Origin: Aulosira sp. ZfuVER01
Lineage (GTDB): Bacteria > Cyanobacteriota > Cyanobacteriia > Cyanobacteriales > Nostocaceae
Assembly: GCA_034530615.2 (NCBI GenBank)
Contig: JAVRCV020000046.1
Span: forward strand, 54,530-118,529
Length of the DNA stretch: 64,000 bases
Reading direction: 5' to 3'
Part shown: one piece after another, positions 41,912 through 51,767 of the stretch
Layout of the letters: the number at the start of each line of letters is the position of its first letter
Position numbering within the stretch: the stretch's first letter is position 1
Translations under genes and position numbers: made by a program
The notes under the pieces: model-generated
Database searches by the model: none
What the model was told of the DNA's origin: nothing
The model's input: only the letters and a program-made list of their open reading frames with translations

Positions 41912-42703
41912 ATGGCATTATATCACTGCACATTGACGCTACACGATAACGTTTTCTTCGCTACAAGAGAAATGGGTATTCTCTATGAAACTGAAAAATA
42001 TTTACATAATTGGGGATTAAGTTTTGCACTTTTTGCAATTCATTACATTCCCCAACCATATAGATTACAAGGAGAATTAGCACAAAAACCCACATATTTA
42101 GATGCACGTGCTGAACAAAATCTTCTTCATCTCAATCAAGCAGGAATTTATGTATTTCCCGCCCAACCTATTAATTGGTCGTATCAAATTAATACTTTTA
42201 AAGCTGCTCAAGTTGCATATTATGGCAAGTCAAAGCAGTTTGGTGATAAGGGTGCAGATAAAAACTATCCAATTAATTACGGGAGGGCGAAAGAATTAGC
42301 TGTTGGTAGTTTATATCGTACTTATATTATTGCTCCAGAAAATCTCAAAATACCCCGTTGGATACGTTTGGGTAAATGGGCAGCAAAAATTAGGGTTGAA
42401 GCGGTCAAAATTCCCGATCGCATCATGCAAACTAAATCCGGAGATTACATCTGTTTGCATCCTTTAAACCCGTTGGATTTGCCAAGGGATACTCAATTGC
42501 TACTTTATAACCGGATTGTTATGCCTCCAGTAAGTTTGGTCAGTCAGGCACAGTTACACGGTGAGCATTTAGTAACTAAAAAAGATGAGTGGCAAGATTT
42601 TAAATTAACATTAACACCAGAGCAATATCAACAGTTACCAGCAGAAATTTCTCTACCAAAGGTGGCATTTTATGGAGCCGGAAATGTTGTTGCAACCGCT
42701 TAA
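41912..42703 (+). CDS. cas5: Type I-D Cas5/Csc1
   Basis: FFATREMG..YETE.YLHNW, NYGRAKELA, PRWIRLGKW. Confidence 0.92.
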   Translation: MALYHCTLTLHDNVFFATREMGILYETEKYLHNWGLSFALFAIHYIPQPYRLQGELAQKPTYLDARAEQNLLHLNQAGIYVFPAQPINWSYQINTFKAAQVAYYGKSKQFGDKGADKNYPINYGRAKELAVGSLYRTYIIAPENLKIPRWIRLGKWAAKIRVEAVKIPDRIMQTKSGDYICLHPLNPLDLPRDTQLLLYNRIVMPPVSLVSQAQLHGEHLVTKKDEWQDFKLTLTPEQYQQLPAEISLPKVAFYGAGNVVATA

Positions 42704-43562
42704 ACCATCAACATTACATTCAATTGTTGTTGAAGTTGCGGCTGCGGAGATGGGAGATATGCCTTTTACTTTATCTCGTGCATTACACGCGCTGGTAATT
42801 AAGTGGCTAGCCGCCGCAAATCCAGCATTGGCTGAAGCTGTTCACAACAGTCAAAATTCCCCATTGACTATTTCGGGACTGTTGGGAAATCGTCGTCAGG
42901 GTGGGGTGCGTGTTGGGGATTATTTTTATTTTCGGATTGGTTTATTGGATGGTAGTTTAATTGAGCCATTAATGCAGGGATTTGAAAAATCCGAAACTGA
43001 ATCTTTAGTATTAGCTGATTTTCCGTTTGTTTTACGGAATATGTATGCGCTACCAGGAACGCATCAACTAGCAGGTGCGGCTGACTATGCTTTATTATTT
43101 AATCCAGCACAGGTTTTACATGAGATTGAATTAAACTTTCTCTCTCCTACTAGCTTCAAACAAAATCAAAATGTGCAAACCTTTCCTTTACCCGAATTAG
43201 TGTTTAATTCGCTGCATCGACGGTGGAATATTTTTGCACCAGAACAATACCAAATTCCTAATTGTGAATGGAATGCTTTAGTTACAGCCTACGAACTCAA
43301 AACCTACGCACTCAAAATGGAAGGAGGTTCGGAAATTGGGGCGCAGGGTTGGGTACGCTATCGATTCAATAGTCCAGAAATGGCTCGAATTGCAACTATC
43401 CTAGCTAATTTTGCTTTCTTTGCTGGGGTAGGGCGTAAAACTGCAATGGGAATGGGACAAACACAGGTGGGGAATTCAAAATTCAAAATTCAAAATTCAA
43501 AAGCTCAAAATTTGCGAAAAAGTCGTAACCAAAATTTTGAAACTCAGCCGTTTCACATTTAA
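42684..43562 (+). CDS. cas6: CRISPR endoribonuclease Cas6
   Basis: FLSPTSFKQ, GVGRKTAMGMG Gly-rich loop; 3' end extended by AATTCAA heptamer repeats. Confidence 0.93.
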   Translation: MLLQPLKPSTLHSIVVEVAAAEMGDMPFTLSRALHALVIKWLAAANPALAEAVHNSQNSPLTISGLLGNRRQGGVRVGDYFYFRIGLLDGSLIEPLMQGFEKSETESLVLADFPFVLRNMYALPGTHQLAGAADYALLFNPAQVLHEIELNFLSPTSFKQNQNVQTFPLPELVFNSLHRRWNIFAPEQYQIPNCEWNALVTAYELKTYALKMEGGSEIGAQGWVRYRFNSPEMARIATILANFAFFAGVGRKTAMGMGQTQVGNSKFKIQNSKAQNLRKSRNQNFETQPFHI

Positions 43563-43763
43563 TATCATGTCCAGTTGAACACTTGTCATTGCGACCGCAG
43601 GGAAGCCACTTCGTGTCTACGTTTCACTACCCTGCGGGAAGGCGCCTTTCAGGCGTCTACGTTGCACTCGCGGCGGACATATCGCAACTACACATTTAAC
43701 TTGCATAATTTGGGCGGGCAAAATGCCTACCCCACAAGATTTATAGAGATTTTAGATATGCAC

Positions 43764-44348
43764 ATGAATGAACAGTTCTATCTTCCCTTAGCTTATTTGA
43801 ATGCTTGGGAATATTGCCCACGTCGTTTTTTTCTGGAATACGAACTGGGGGAAAATGCGGATAACGAACACATTATTATTGGTCGTCACCTGCATCGCAA
43901 TGTTGATGATGAAGGCAAGAATATTGAAGGAGACAAGGTAGTTTACCGACATCAGTGGGTGTGGTGCGATCGCCTCCTCATCAACGGTATTATTGACGCA
44001 GTAGAAGAAAAAGACAGCCAGCTTATCCCTTTAGAGTTTAAAAAGGGACGCATGGCTAACCACAAAAGCGACCATTTTCAACTCTGCGGTGCAGCTTTGT
44101 GTTTGGAAGAACGCACTGGTAGCACCATTCCCTACGGAGAAATTTTTTACTACGCCAACCGCCGCCGCGAACAGGTACATTTTACACCTGCATTGCGACA
44201 AGCTACAGAACAGGCAATTCAAGCGGCGCGGGCTGCAATCGGTGGAACAATGCCAGCACCAATTGACAATCCCAAAAAGTGTCGGGATTGCAGCTTGCAG
44301 AAAATTTGCTTACCCAAAGAAATCAAAAAATTACATCTTGAGGTCTAA
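43764..44348 (+). CDS. cas4: CRISPR-associated Cas4
   Basis: YCPRR, GIIDAVE, EFKKG, Q...AALCLEE, CRDCSLQKIC. Confidence 0.93.
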   Translation: MNEQFYLPLAYLNAWEYCPRRFFLEYELGENADNEHIIIGRHLHRNVDDEGKNIEGDKVVYRHQWVWCDRLLINGIIDAVEEKDSQLIPLEFKKGRMANHKSDHFQLCGAALCLEERTGSTIPYGEIFYYANRRREQVHFTPALRQATEQAIQAARAAIGGTMPAPIDNPKKCRDCSLQKICLPKEIKKLHLEV

Positions 44349-44351
44349 AAA

Positions 44352-45329
44352 ATGTCTGTTCTTTATGTAACTCAGCCTGATGCTATTCTCAGTAAAGCTG
44401 CGGAAGCTTTTAAAGTCGCGTTAAAACAAGAAGATGGCAATTGGGAGAAAAAATCGGTTCCCGCCCAAACTGTCGAACAAGTGGTATTAATGGGCAATCC
44501 CCAAATTACTGGTGATGCGCTTGTATATGCATTAGAACTAGGAATGCCAGTACATTACCTTTCTGGTTTTGGTAAATATTTAGGTTCGGCGCTTCCTGCG
44601 TACTCCCGTAATGGTCAGTTGCGGCTGGCACAGTATGCTGCTTACTGTGACCAAGCCCATCGCTTGCAGATTGCCAAAACAATTGTGACGGGCAAAATCC
44701 ACAATCAATATACTGTTTTATACCGCCACGATCAAAAAGACAATCCGCTCAAATCCCGCAAACAGCTAGTCGCAGAACAAACAACCCTCGATGAAGTCCG
44801 GGGGGTAGAAGGATTAGCAGCACGAGAATATTTTGCGGCTTGGTCGGCAATGCTGGAAGCACAATGGTCTTTTAATGGCAGAAATCGCCGTCCTCCCACG
44901 GATGCAGTAAATGCATTGTTGGGATTTGCCTATGGACTTTTGCAAGTACAGGTGACAGCAGCCGTACATCTGGCAGGTTTAGATCCTTACGTTGGCTATT
45001 TGCACGAAGCCACCAGAGGACAACCTGCAATAGTTCTCGATTTAATGGAAGAATTTCGCCCGTTGATTGCCGATAATTTGATACTTTCGGTTATCAGCCA
45101 CAAAGAAATTAAACCCGATGATTTTACGGATCATCTTGGTGCATATAGACTTTCGGAAGCCGGACGCAAACAATTTTTGCAAGCGTGGGAACGCAAAATG
45201 AACGATGAGTTTAAGCATCCTACTTTTGGCTATCGTTGCAGCTATCGTCGGGCAATTGAATTGCAAGCACGTTTATTGAGTCGGCATTTACAAGAAGGGG
45301 TTCCCTATAAAGCGCTGGCACTAAGATGA
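44352..45329 (+). CDS. cas1: CRISPR-associated Cas1
   Basis: RGVEG.AAR.YF, RNRRPPTD.VNALL, GYLH, DLMEEFRP. Confidence 0.96.
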   Translation: MSVLYVTQPDAILSKAAEAFKVALKQEDGNWEKKSVPAQTVEQVVLMGNPQITGDALVYALELGMPVHYLSGFGKYLGSALPAYSRNGQLRLAQYAAYCDQAHRLQIAKTIVTGKIHNQYTVLYRHDQKDNPLKSRKQLVAEQTTLDEVRGVEGLAAREYFAAWSAMLEAQWSFNGRNRRPPTDAVNALLGFAYGLLQVQVTAAVHLAGLDPYVGYLHEATRGQPAIVLDLMEEFRPLIADNLILSVISHKEIKPDDFTDHLGAYRLSEAGRKQFLQAWERKMNDEFKHPTFGYRCSYRRAIELQARLLSRHLQEGVPYKALALR

Positions 45330-45619
45330 GTACTTTGTTTTACCTGGTAATTTACGATTTGCCGGATAGTAAAGCAGCAAATAAACGGCGCACAAAACTA
45401 CATAAAATGCTTTCCGGTTATGGAACTTGGACGCAGTACAGCGTGTTTGAATGTTTTTTGACTGCCGTGCAGTTTGCTAAATTAAGGGTACAAGTTGAAA
45501 ACTTAATCAAACCCGCCGAAGATTCAGTCCGTATCTATGTTTTGGATGCTGGAGCAGTACGTAAAACTATTACCTACGGTTCTGAACAACCTCGACAGCA
45601 AGAGACTATCATATTATGA
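45326..45619 (+). CDS. cas2: CRISPR-associated Cas2
   Basis: YLVIYDL, QYSVFEC, DSVRIY. Confidence 0.95.
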   Translation: MSTLFYLVIYDLPDSKAANKRRTKLHKMLSGYGTWTQYSVFECFLTAVQFAKLRVQVENLIKPAEDSVRIYVLDAGAVRKTITYGSEQPRQQETIIL

Positions 45620-45822
45620 TGTTGGTGAATTTTTTGGCATGGGAAAGCACGGGCGAAAACCCCCCACCTCCCGCCAAATCGACAGAACCTTGACAATTCA
45701 ATACTTTCGGCGTTTTGAGTACTTTTCGGCTCGCTGTTACCAACGGCTGAAATGGACTTTTAAAACAGTCCTGCCAAAATTGCTGCTAGAAATGCCGCTA
45801 TAATTAGCTTCTGGCTGGCGGA
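45620..45822 (+). promoter_or_regulatory. CRISPR leader
   Basis: Non-coding stretch between cas2 and repeat 1, TATAAT at 45799-45804. Confidence 0.75.
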
Positions 45823-46901
45823 CTTTCAAATTAATGAAACCCGTTCGCGGGATTGAAACTGTTCAGCCATTCGGGTACTCATTACCCAGTACTGTATTTG
45901 TGCTTTCAAATTAATGAAACCCGTTCGCGGGATTGAAACGTTTTCGTTAGATCGTGTAAACTCACTATAATGTGCTTTCAAATTAATGAAACCCGTTCGC
46001 GGGATTGAAACTAATTAATTTCCTGTTAGTTATCAGGATGTTTAAAATCTTTCAAATTAATGAAACCCGTTCGCGGGATTGAAACTTCATTTGAATGCTG
46101 CATCACAAAGATGGTTAGGCGCTTTCAAATTAATGAAACCCGTTCGCGGGATTGAAACCAAAAATCTTAATAGATAACGCGGAAATTTTAGAACTTTCAA
46201 ATTAATGAAACCCGTTCGCGGGATTGAAACTACAAATTTGACATTTCATACATTCCTTAGACATTGCCTTTCAAATTAATGAAACCCGTTCGCGGGATTG
46301 AAACCAACAGCCACTACTGCATTAGGGACGGCTGAAACAGCCTTTCAAATTAATGAAACCCGTTCGCGGGATTGAAACCATTATTCCATTTGATTCTAGT
46401 GGTGCGTCACTGGCTTTCAAATTAATGAAACCCGTTCGCGGGATTGAAACTACGGCACATAGTCCAGCAAGGGCACAGTGGACACTCCTGTCTTTCAAAT
46501 TAATGAAACCCGTTCGCGGGATTGAAACCTTTACTATGCCTACATTTCAGACATTTACGCATAAAACTTTCAAATTAATGAAACCCGTTCGCGGGATTGA
46601 AACAACCAATTTGTCCGCGCGGACCGGGTATACCTTGCGGCTTTCAAATTAATGAAACCCGTTCGCGGGATTGAAACGAGCCATTCTACTTTTCCACCAA
46701 ATGCACATAGAGGACTTTCAAATTAATGAAACCCGTTCGCGGGATTGAAACCTTTCACCTCTCTGGCGGCTATCCGCGCTAACTCTAAACTTTCAAATTA
46801 ATGAAACCCGTTCGCGGGATTGAAACAGCTTGCTCTATCAACACAATGATATTAGCATTCCCGTCTTTCAAATTAATGAAACCCGTTCGCGGGATTGAAA
46901 C
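45823..46901 (+). CRISPR. Main CRISPR array: 15 identical 37-bp repeats, 14 spacers of 35-43 nt
   Basis: Repeat CTTTCAAATTAATGAAACCCGTTCGCGGGATTGAAAC with CCCG-TTCG-CGGG stem. Confidence 0.99.
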
Positions 46902-47000
46902 TCAAGCAAATATAAGTACAAGCAGAGCGATCGCTCTTTCCACTGCTTATTGCACAATGTCATCATGAGCGATCGCCCCAATACAATATAATTTAGCAAT

Positions 47001-49157
47001 TTAACAATCAATCCAAGCTTGCAGATAATCGCGCAGAACTGCTTCCTGAACTTTCTCTACTACTTGTTGGGCTTTATCGAGTTGATCTAAAGCCACATAC
47101 TGCTTCACCAAGCGGGTGTATTGGCTACGGCGATCGTTGTAATCGGGTTCTGGTGTATTTTCGTAACGGATAATTGTGCGGCTTTCGGGATCGGCAATTT
47201 TTTGAGCTACTACAAAGGCGCGATCGAGAAATGCGATCGCATCTTCATTGCGTTGCTGTAAAGCATAGATATTGGCGATCGCTAGCAGTGTTGTGGCTTG
47301 TCTATCTGGTAGCAATTCTACTTTTACCACTGACAACGCGACATCAACGGCGTAGTGAGAATTTAGCTGATAGAATACGGCATTGTAGACATTATCCTGC
47401 AAGTAAGAAGCTGGATAAGCCTGAGCTATTGTTAGGGCGGCAGTATATTGATTTTGGATAATTAGATAATCGTTAATTTGAGCGAACAGACGACCGCGAC
47501 TTTGATTTTCATCATCTTCTACCTGCTGCATTGTTTGGATCGTTTGTTGCAGGAAAGATTGTGCCTGTTCTTCATTTCCCGAACGCAGATATGCAACAGC
47601 GATCGCTGCTAGTGCTAAGGCTTTTTGCTCAATCGCTTCTAAGGCTTGTGCTTGTGCAATTGCAGGCTGAATTAAGCTGGTAAACTCTGCTGGTGTCGGT
47701 GCGATCGCCGCTAGTTCCACCCGTGTTAATACCTGATATGGGGTACTGGAGGTATTTTCAATTTGTGTTACTACTTCAATAGCTCGGCTCCATTGTTGAG
47801 CATTGGCTAATGCGATGCCTGCGGCGACGCCAAGGGCGAGCGCAATTTGTTGCAAACTAGAACTTTGTTCATCTGGCGAAACATGATTAGGAGCTTGTTT
47901 TGCTAATTCCAGTGCTTCGTTGAGATGTTGCGAACGCAGCAGCGCTTGCACAAGTTCTCGATACAAACCCGACTTATAAATCAAGTCGCCTTTGTTTTTC
48001 ACCGCATTGAATACTATCATCGCTAAATGATACTGTTGTGCATTGCTAATAATGCTCATTAGCGCGATTTCCCAATTATTTAAACTCTTGAGTTCAGCAA
48101 GAATTTTTTGTAACTGCTGGTGTTGGTTGGCTTGTGCGTAAGTCAGAGCAATTTCACTCAATGCTTGAGCCTTGTGTCCATCCTGAGTCAGTCTTTGAAT
48201 AGCATTGAGAACAATAGTGAGTTGACCTGATGTGCTGTAATTTTTAATCAATACGTATTGTAAGCCTTGGGCGTACTCTTCTTTCGCCACTCGTTTGAGT
48301 GCTTTGGCAAACAGGCGATTACCCAATCGGGGTTGATGATGAGTTGCCCAATAAACTGCCATTTCCACTAAAGCATAAGCTTGGTATTCAGCCCCTTGAA
48401 TTTTAGCTGTAACAGCCTGGGCTAAATGCAAATCTCCTCTTTTAATCGCATCGCGCACAATCTCTTGATGAATTGTGTCAGGGGAATGGTAATTGCCAAT
48501 TTTGTCGGCTAATGCCAAAGCGCGTTGTACTTCACTCAGTTGAATATATAGGAATGCGATTGATACAAGATAATTTCCGCGAGTGAAAGTATCTTCACTA
48601 GGAATTTGTTCAACGGTTGCTATAGCTTGCGTGAGTAATTGTTGGGCTTCGGCTTTTTGTTGAAATTCTAAGCGAATAGATGCTAGTTGAATTAATTGGT
48701 CGGTGCGACTTGTGGGGTCAGGAATTTGCTGCGCTGCTGCGGTGGCTTGTTGAAGTGCGTTCTCCACCAGTTCCCTTCGTCCCAGATTGTGATAAATCTT
48801 CGCAAGATGTCTTAAATCTTGGGCAATCCCTATAGGATGTTCGTGAAAATTCAGTGCATACTGCTGCACTTTTTCTAGCCACTCAATCCACTTATCTTGC
48901 TGCTGGCACGGGAGTTGAGTTAAGGGTTGAAAGAGATTTGCTATTTCATGATAACCAATGACATAGGAAATCCAATATGATTGTTGTTCGCGGTTGCTCA
49001 GAAGTGCAACGCGATCGAGAATTTGATGATATGTATTCAGCGCTTGGTCATAAATCTGGAAACGCACTAATTGCACTGCATGAGCGATCGCCTCATTAAT
49101 TTTGTCGTAAAGAACCGTTTGACGAAGTTCTGGAGCAATTTGTAGGGTAGATGTCAT
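47001..49157 (-). CDS. Large TPR-like helical-repeat protein
   Basis: 718 aa, Ala/Gln/Leu-rich helical repeats; paralog of the next gene. Confidence 0.8.
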   Translation of the reverse strand: MTSTLQIAPELRQTVLYDKINEAIAHAVQLVRFQIYDQALNTYHQILDRVALLSNREQQSYWISYVIGYHEIANLFQPLTQLPCQQQDKWIEWLEKVQQYALNFHEHPIGIAQDLRHLAKIYHNLGRRELVENALQQATAAAQQIPDPTSRTDQLIQLASIRLEFQQKAEAQQLLTQAIATVEQIPSEDTFTRGNYLVSIAFLYIQLSEVQRALALADKIGNYHSPDTIHQEIVRDAIKRGDLHLAQAVTAKIQGAEYQAYALVEMAVYWATHHQPRLGNRLFAKALKRVAKEEYAQGLQYVLIKNYSTSGQLTIVLNAIQRLTQDGHKAQALSEIALTYAQANQHQQLQKILAELKSLNNWEIALMSIISNAQQYHLAMIVFNAVKNKGDLIYKSGLYRELVQALLRSQHLNEALELAKQAPNHVSPDEQSSSLQQIALALGVAAGIALANAQQWSRAIEVVTQIENTSSTPYQVLTRVELAAIAPTPAEFTSLIQPAIAQAQALEAIEQKALALAAIAVAYLRSGNEEQAQSFLQQTIQTMQQVEDDENQSRGRLFAQINDYLIIQNQYTAALTIAQAYPASYLQDNVYNAVFYQLNSHYAVDVALSVVKVELLPDRQATTLLAIANIYALQQRNEDAIAFLDRAFVVAQKIADPESRTIIRYENTPEPDYNDRRSQYTRLVKQYVALDQLDKAQQVVEKVQEAVLRDYLQAWIDC

Positions 49158-49239
49158 AGTTTGAGGTATTTGCGTTACTACTTGCAGACTTACTACAACT
49201 AGCTCATCCGTTTTTCCTCAAAACAATCAAAAATTTCCT

Positions 49240-49352
49240 AGTAAGTCGTTGAGAAAAAACCAAACTATGTAAAGAAATGTGTATTTGGCTCGTAGTTGCG
49301 CTTTAGCGCTAAAGCGCAACTACAAACAAGTGATTATTTACATCGACTTACT
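49240..49352. mobile_element. Miniature inverted-repeat element carrying a perfect 32-bp palindrome
   Basis: Ends AGTAAGTCG / CGACTTACT; palindrome GTAGTTGCGCTTTAGCGCTAAAGCGCAACTAC at 49292-49323. Confidence 0.55.
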
Positions 49353-49385
49353 TAAGGACTTTAGTCTTTACTAGGAGTTGGCTGT

Positions 49386-51550
49386 TTAACAATAAATCCA
49401 AGCTTGGAGATAATCGCGCAGAGATGCTTCCTGAGCTTTCTCAACTACTTGTTGAGCTTTATCCAGTTGTCCTAGGGCGACATACTGCTTCACCAAGCGG
49501 GTGTATTGGTGAGCGCGATCGCTTTCATCGGGTACTTCCGTATACTCGCTGACTTGAATCATGCGGCTTTCGGGATCGGCAATCTTTTGAGCTACTCAAA
49601 GGCGCGATCAAGTAATACAATTGCATCTTCATTGCGTTGCAGTTGAGCATAGGTTTTGGCGATCGCTAGCAGTTTTGTCGCTTGTGTATCTGGTAGCGAG
49701 TCTAGTTCTACCACTTGCAAGGCGACATAAAAGCCGTAAGCTGGAAGTGCTTGTTGGAAGATAGAACTGTAGCTCGATTGTTGCAAGTAGGAAACAGGAT
49801 TAGCCTGCGCTATCGTTATAGCAGCCGTATATTGTCGCTTTTGGATTAAATAATCAGCGATTTGGTTGAGCAAACGACCGCGATATTCTTCATCTTCTAT
49901 CGGCTGCACCGTTTGGATGGCTTGTTGCAGGAAAGATTGTGTCTGTTCTTCATCCCCAGAACGCAGATATGCTTGAGCGATCGCCGCTAGTGCTAAAGCT
50001 TTCTCCTCAATCGGTTCTAAAGCTTGCACTTGTGCAATTGCAGCTTGAATCAAACTGGTGAATTGTTCCGATGTGGGTGCTATCGCCGCAAGTTCCGCCT
50101 GTGTTAATAGTTGATATGGGGTGAAAGTGGTATTTTCAATTTGTTTTACTACATCATTGGCTTGATTCCATTTTTTGTTATTGGCATAAGCAAGCGCAAT
50201 TTCTTGCAGGCTAGAGTTGCGTTCCTCAGGCCAAATATCATTAGGAATCTGTTTTGCTAATTGCAGTGCTTCATCGAGATGTTGTAGCAACGCCGCTTGC
50301 ACAATTTGTCGATACCAACCCGGTTTCGAGAGAAAGTCTGCGTTATTTTGCACCGCATTTAAAATTGCGATCGCCAAATTATACTGTTCTGCATTCACAG
50401 CAGCTTGCAGTATATTGTTGACATAACCAACATTATTTACGGCAGTTTCCGATTGAATTAAACCCGTGAGTTGGGCAAGAACTTGTTGCACCTGCTGAGA
50501 TTGCTTGGCTTTGGCGTAAGCAACTGCAATTGCACCCAATGCTAGCGCTTTCGGTTCATCCTGAGTGAGTCGTTGAGCTGCATTGAGGGCAATAGTGAGT
50601 TGATCTGATGTAGTGTAAGTTTGAATCACTGATGATTGTAAAGCTTCTGCACGCTCATCTTTCGCTACCCGTTTCAAAGCTTGGGCAAACAGGCGATTTC
50701 CTCGTCGAACTTGATGATGAGTTGCCCAATAAATTGCCATTTCCACCAACGCATTAGCTTGGTATTCAGCTACTTGAATTTTAGCTGCGATCGCCTGAGC
50801 TAACTGCAAATCTCCTCTTTTTACCGCATCGCGCACGACTTCTTGACGAATTGCATTCGGGTAATACTCATTAGTAATGTTTTCGGTTAATGCCAAGGCG
50901 CGTTGTGGTTCGCTCAGTTGAATGTACAGCGATGCAATAGAAGACAAATAATTCCACTGAGAGTAGGGATCGTCAGTAGGAATTTGTGCAACCGCTGCTA
51001 AAGCTTGGGTAAGTGCTTGTTTAGCTTCAGCTTTGTCTGAGAATTGCAGCCATTGGGTTGCGAGTTGAATCAATTCATTGGCGCGATTGAGAACTTCAGG
51101 AATCTTCGCCGCTGCTTGAGTTGCTTGTTGAAGTGCGATCGCAGCGAGATCGGTTCGTCCCAGAGTTTGATAACCTTTTGCAACTTGTTCTAAATGTTGT
51201 GCGATCGTTAAACTTGAGTTTTCGCCTAAATTCAGCGCATACTGCTGCACTTTCCCCAGCCACTCAATCCATTTATCTTGCTCTTGGCGCGGCAGTTGAG
51301 TCAAGGGTTGTAGGGCAAAGCGTTCATCTCGGATAATATTGAGAATCACATACTCCCGTTCAGGGGCGCTGAGAAGTGCAGCACTTTCGAGGGCTTGATG
51401 GTATATTTTTAGCGCTTGGTCATATAGCTGGGCATCCATTAATTGCCGCCCATCAATGACAGCATCATTAATTCGTTCGTTGAAAACAGCTTGGCAAAGT
51501 TCGGCGGCAATTTGAACGGTAGGTGTCATGGTTTGAGGTATTTGTGTCAC
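49386..51550 (-). pseudogene. TPR-like paralog with a 1-bp frameshift near 49594
   Basis: ORF stops at LDRAFE*, but the shifted frame continues VAQKIADPESR...LRDYLQAWIYC*, matching the paralog's C-terminus. Confidence 0.8.
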
Positions 51551-51767
51551 TACTAGGAGAATTACTACAAGTAGTTCACAAACTTTTCCTCAAAGGCTCA
51601 TCTCTCTGAAGTATTGTGTTTGGTGATACATGCTATTAGCTAATGCAGTATGTATGATTAGCGATCGCACTTCTTGCTTTTCTGTTGGATTGTGTTACAG
51701 CAAGAATTAGAAGGAGAAGCGATATTGTTCTGCATTTGCGATCACATCAGTAAGATGAGTAATAACT

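Noticed and set aside
43575..43763. Long N-terminal extension of cas4
   Set aside because: It runs through intergenic repeat-like sequence; Cas4 motifs begin near MNEQFYLP.
45780..45793. TTGCTGCT in the leader as a target of the 38-nt mini-array spacer
   Set aside because: Only 8 contiguous matches and an AAA flank rather than a GTN PAM.
45860..46864. Self-targeting by main-array spacers, and the 99-aa ORF at 46353-46652
   Set aside because: No spacer match noticed within the window by eye (not exhaustive); the ORF is repeat translation.
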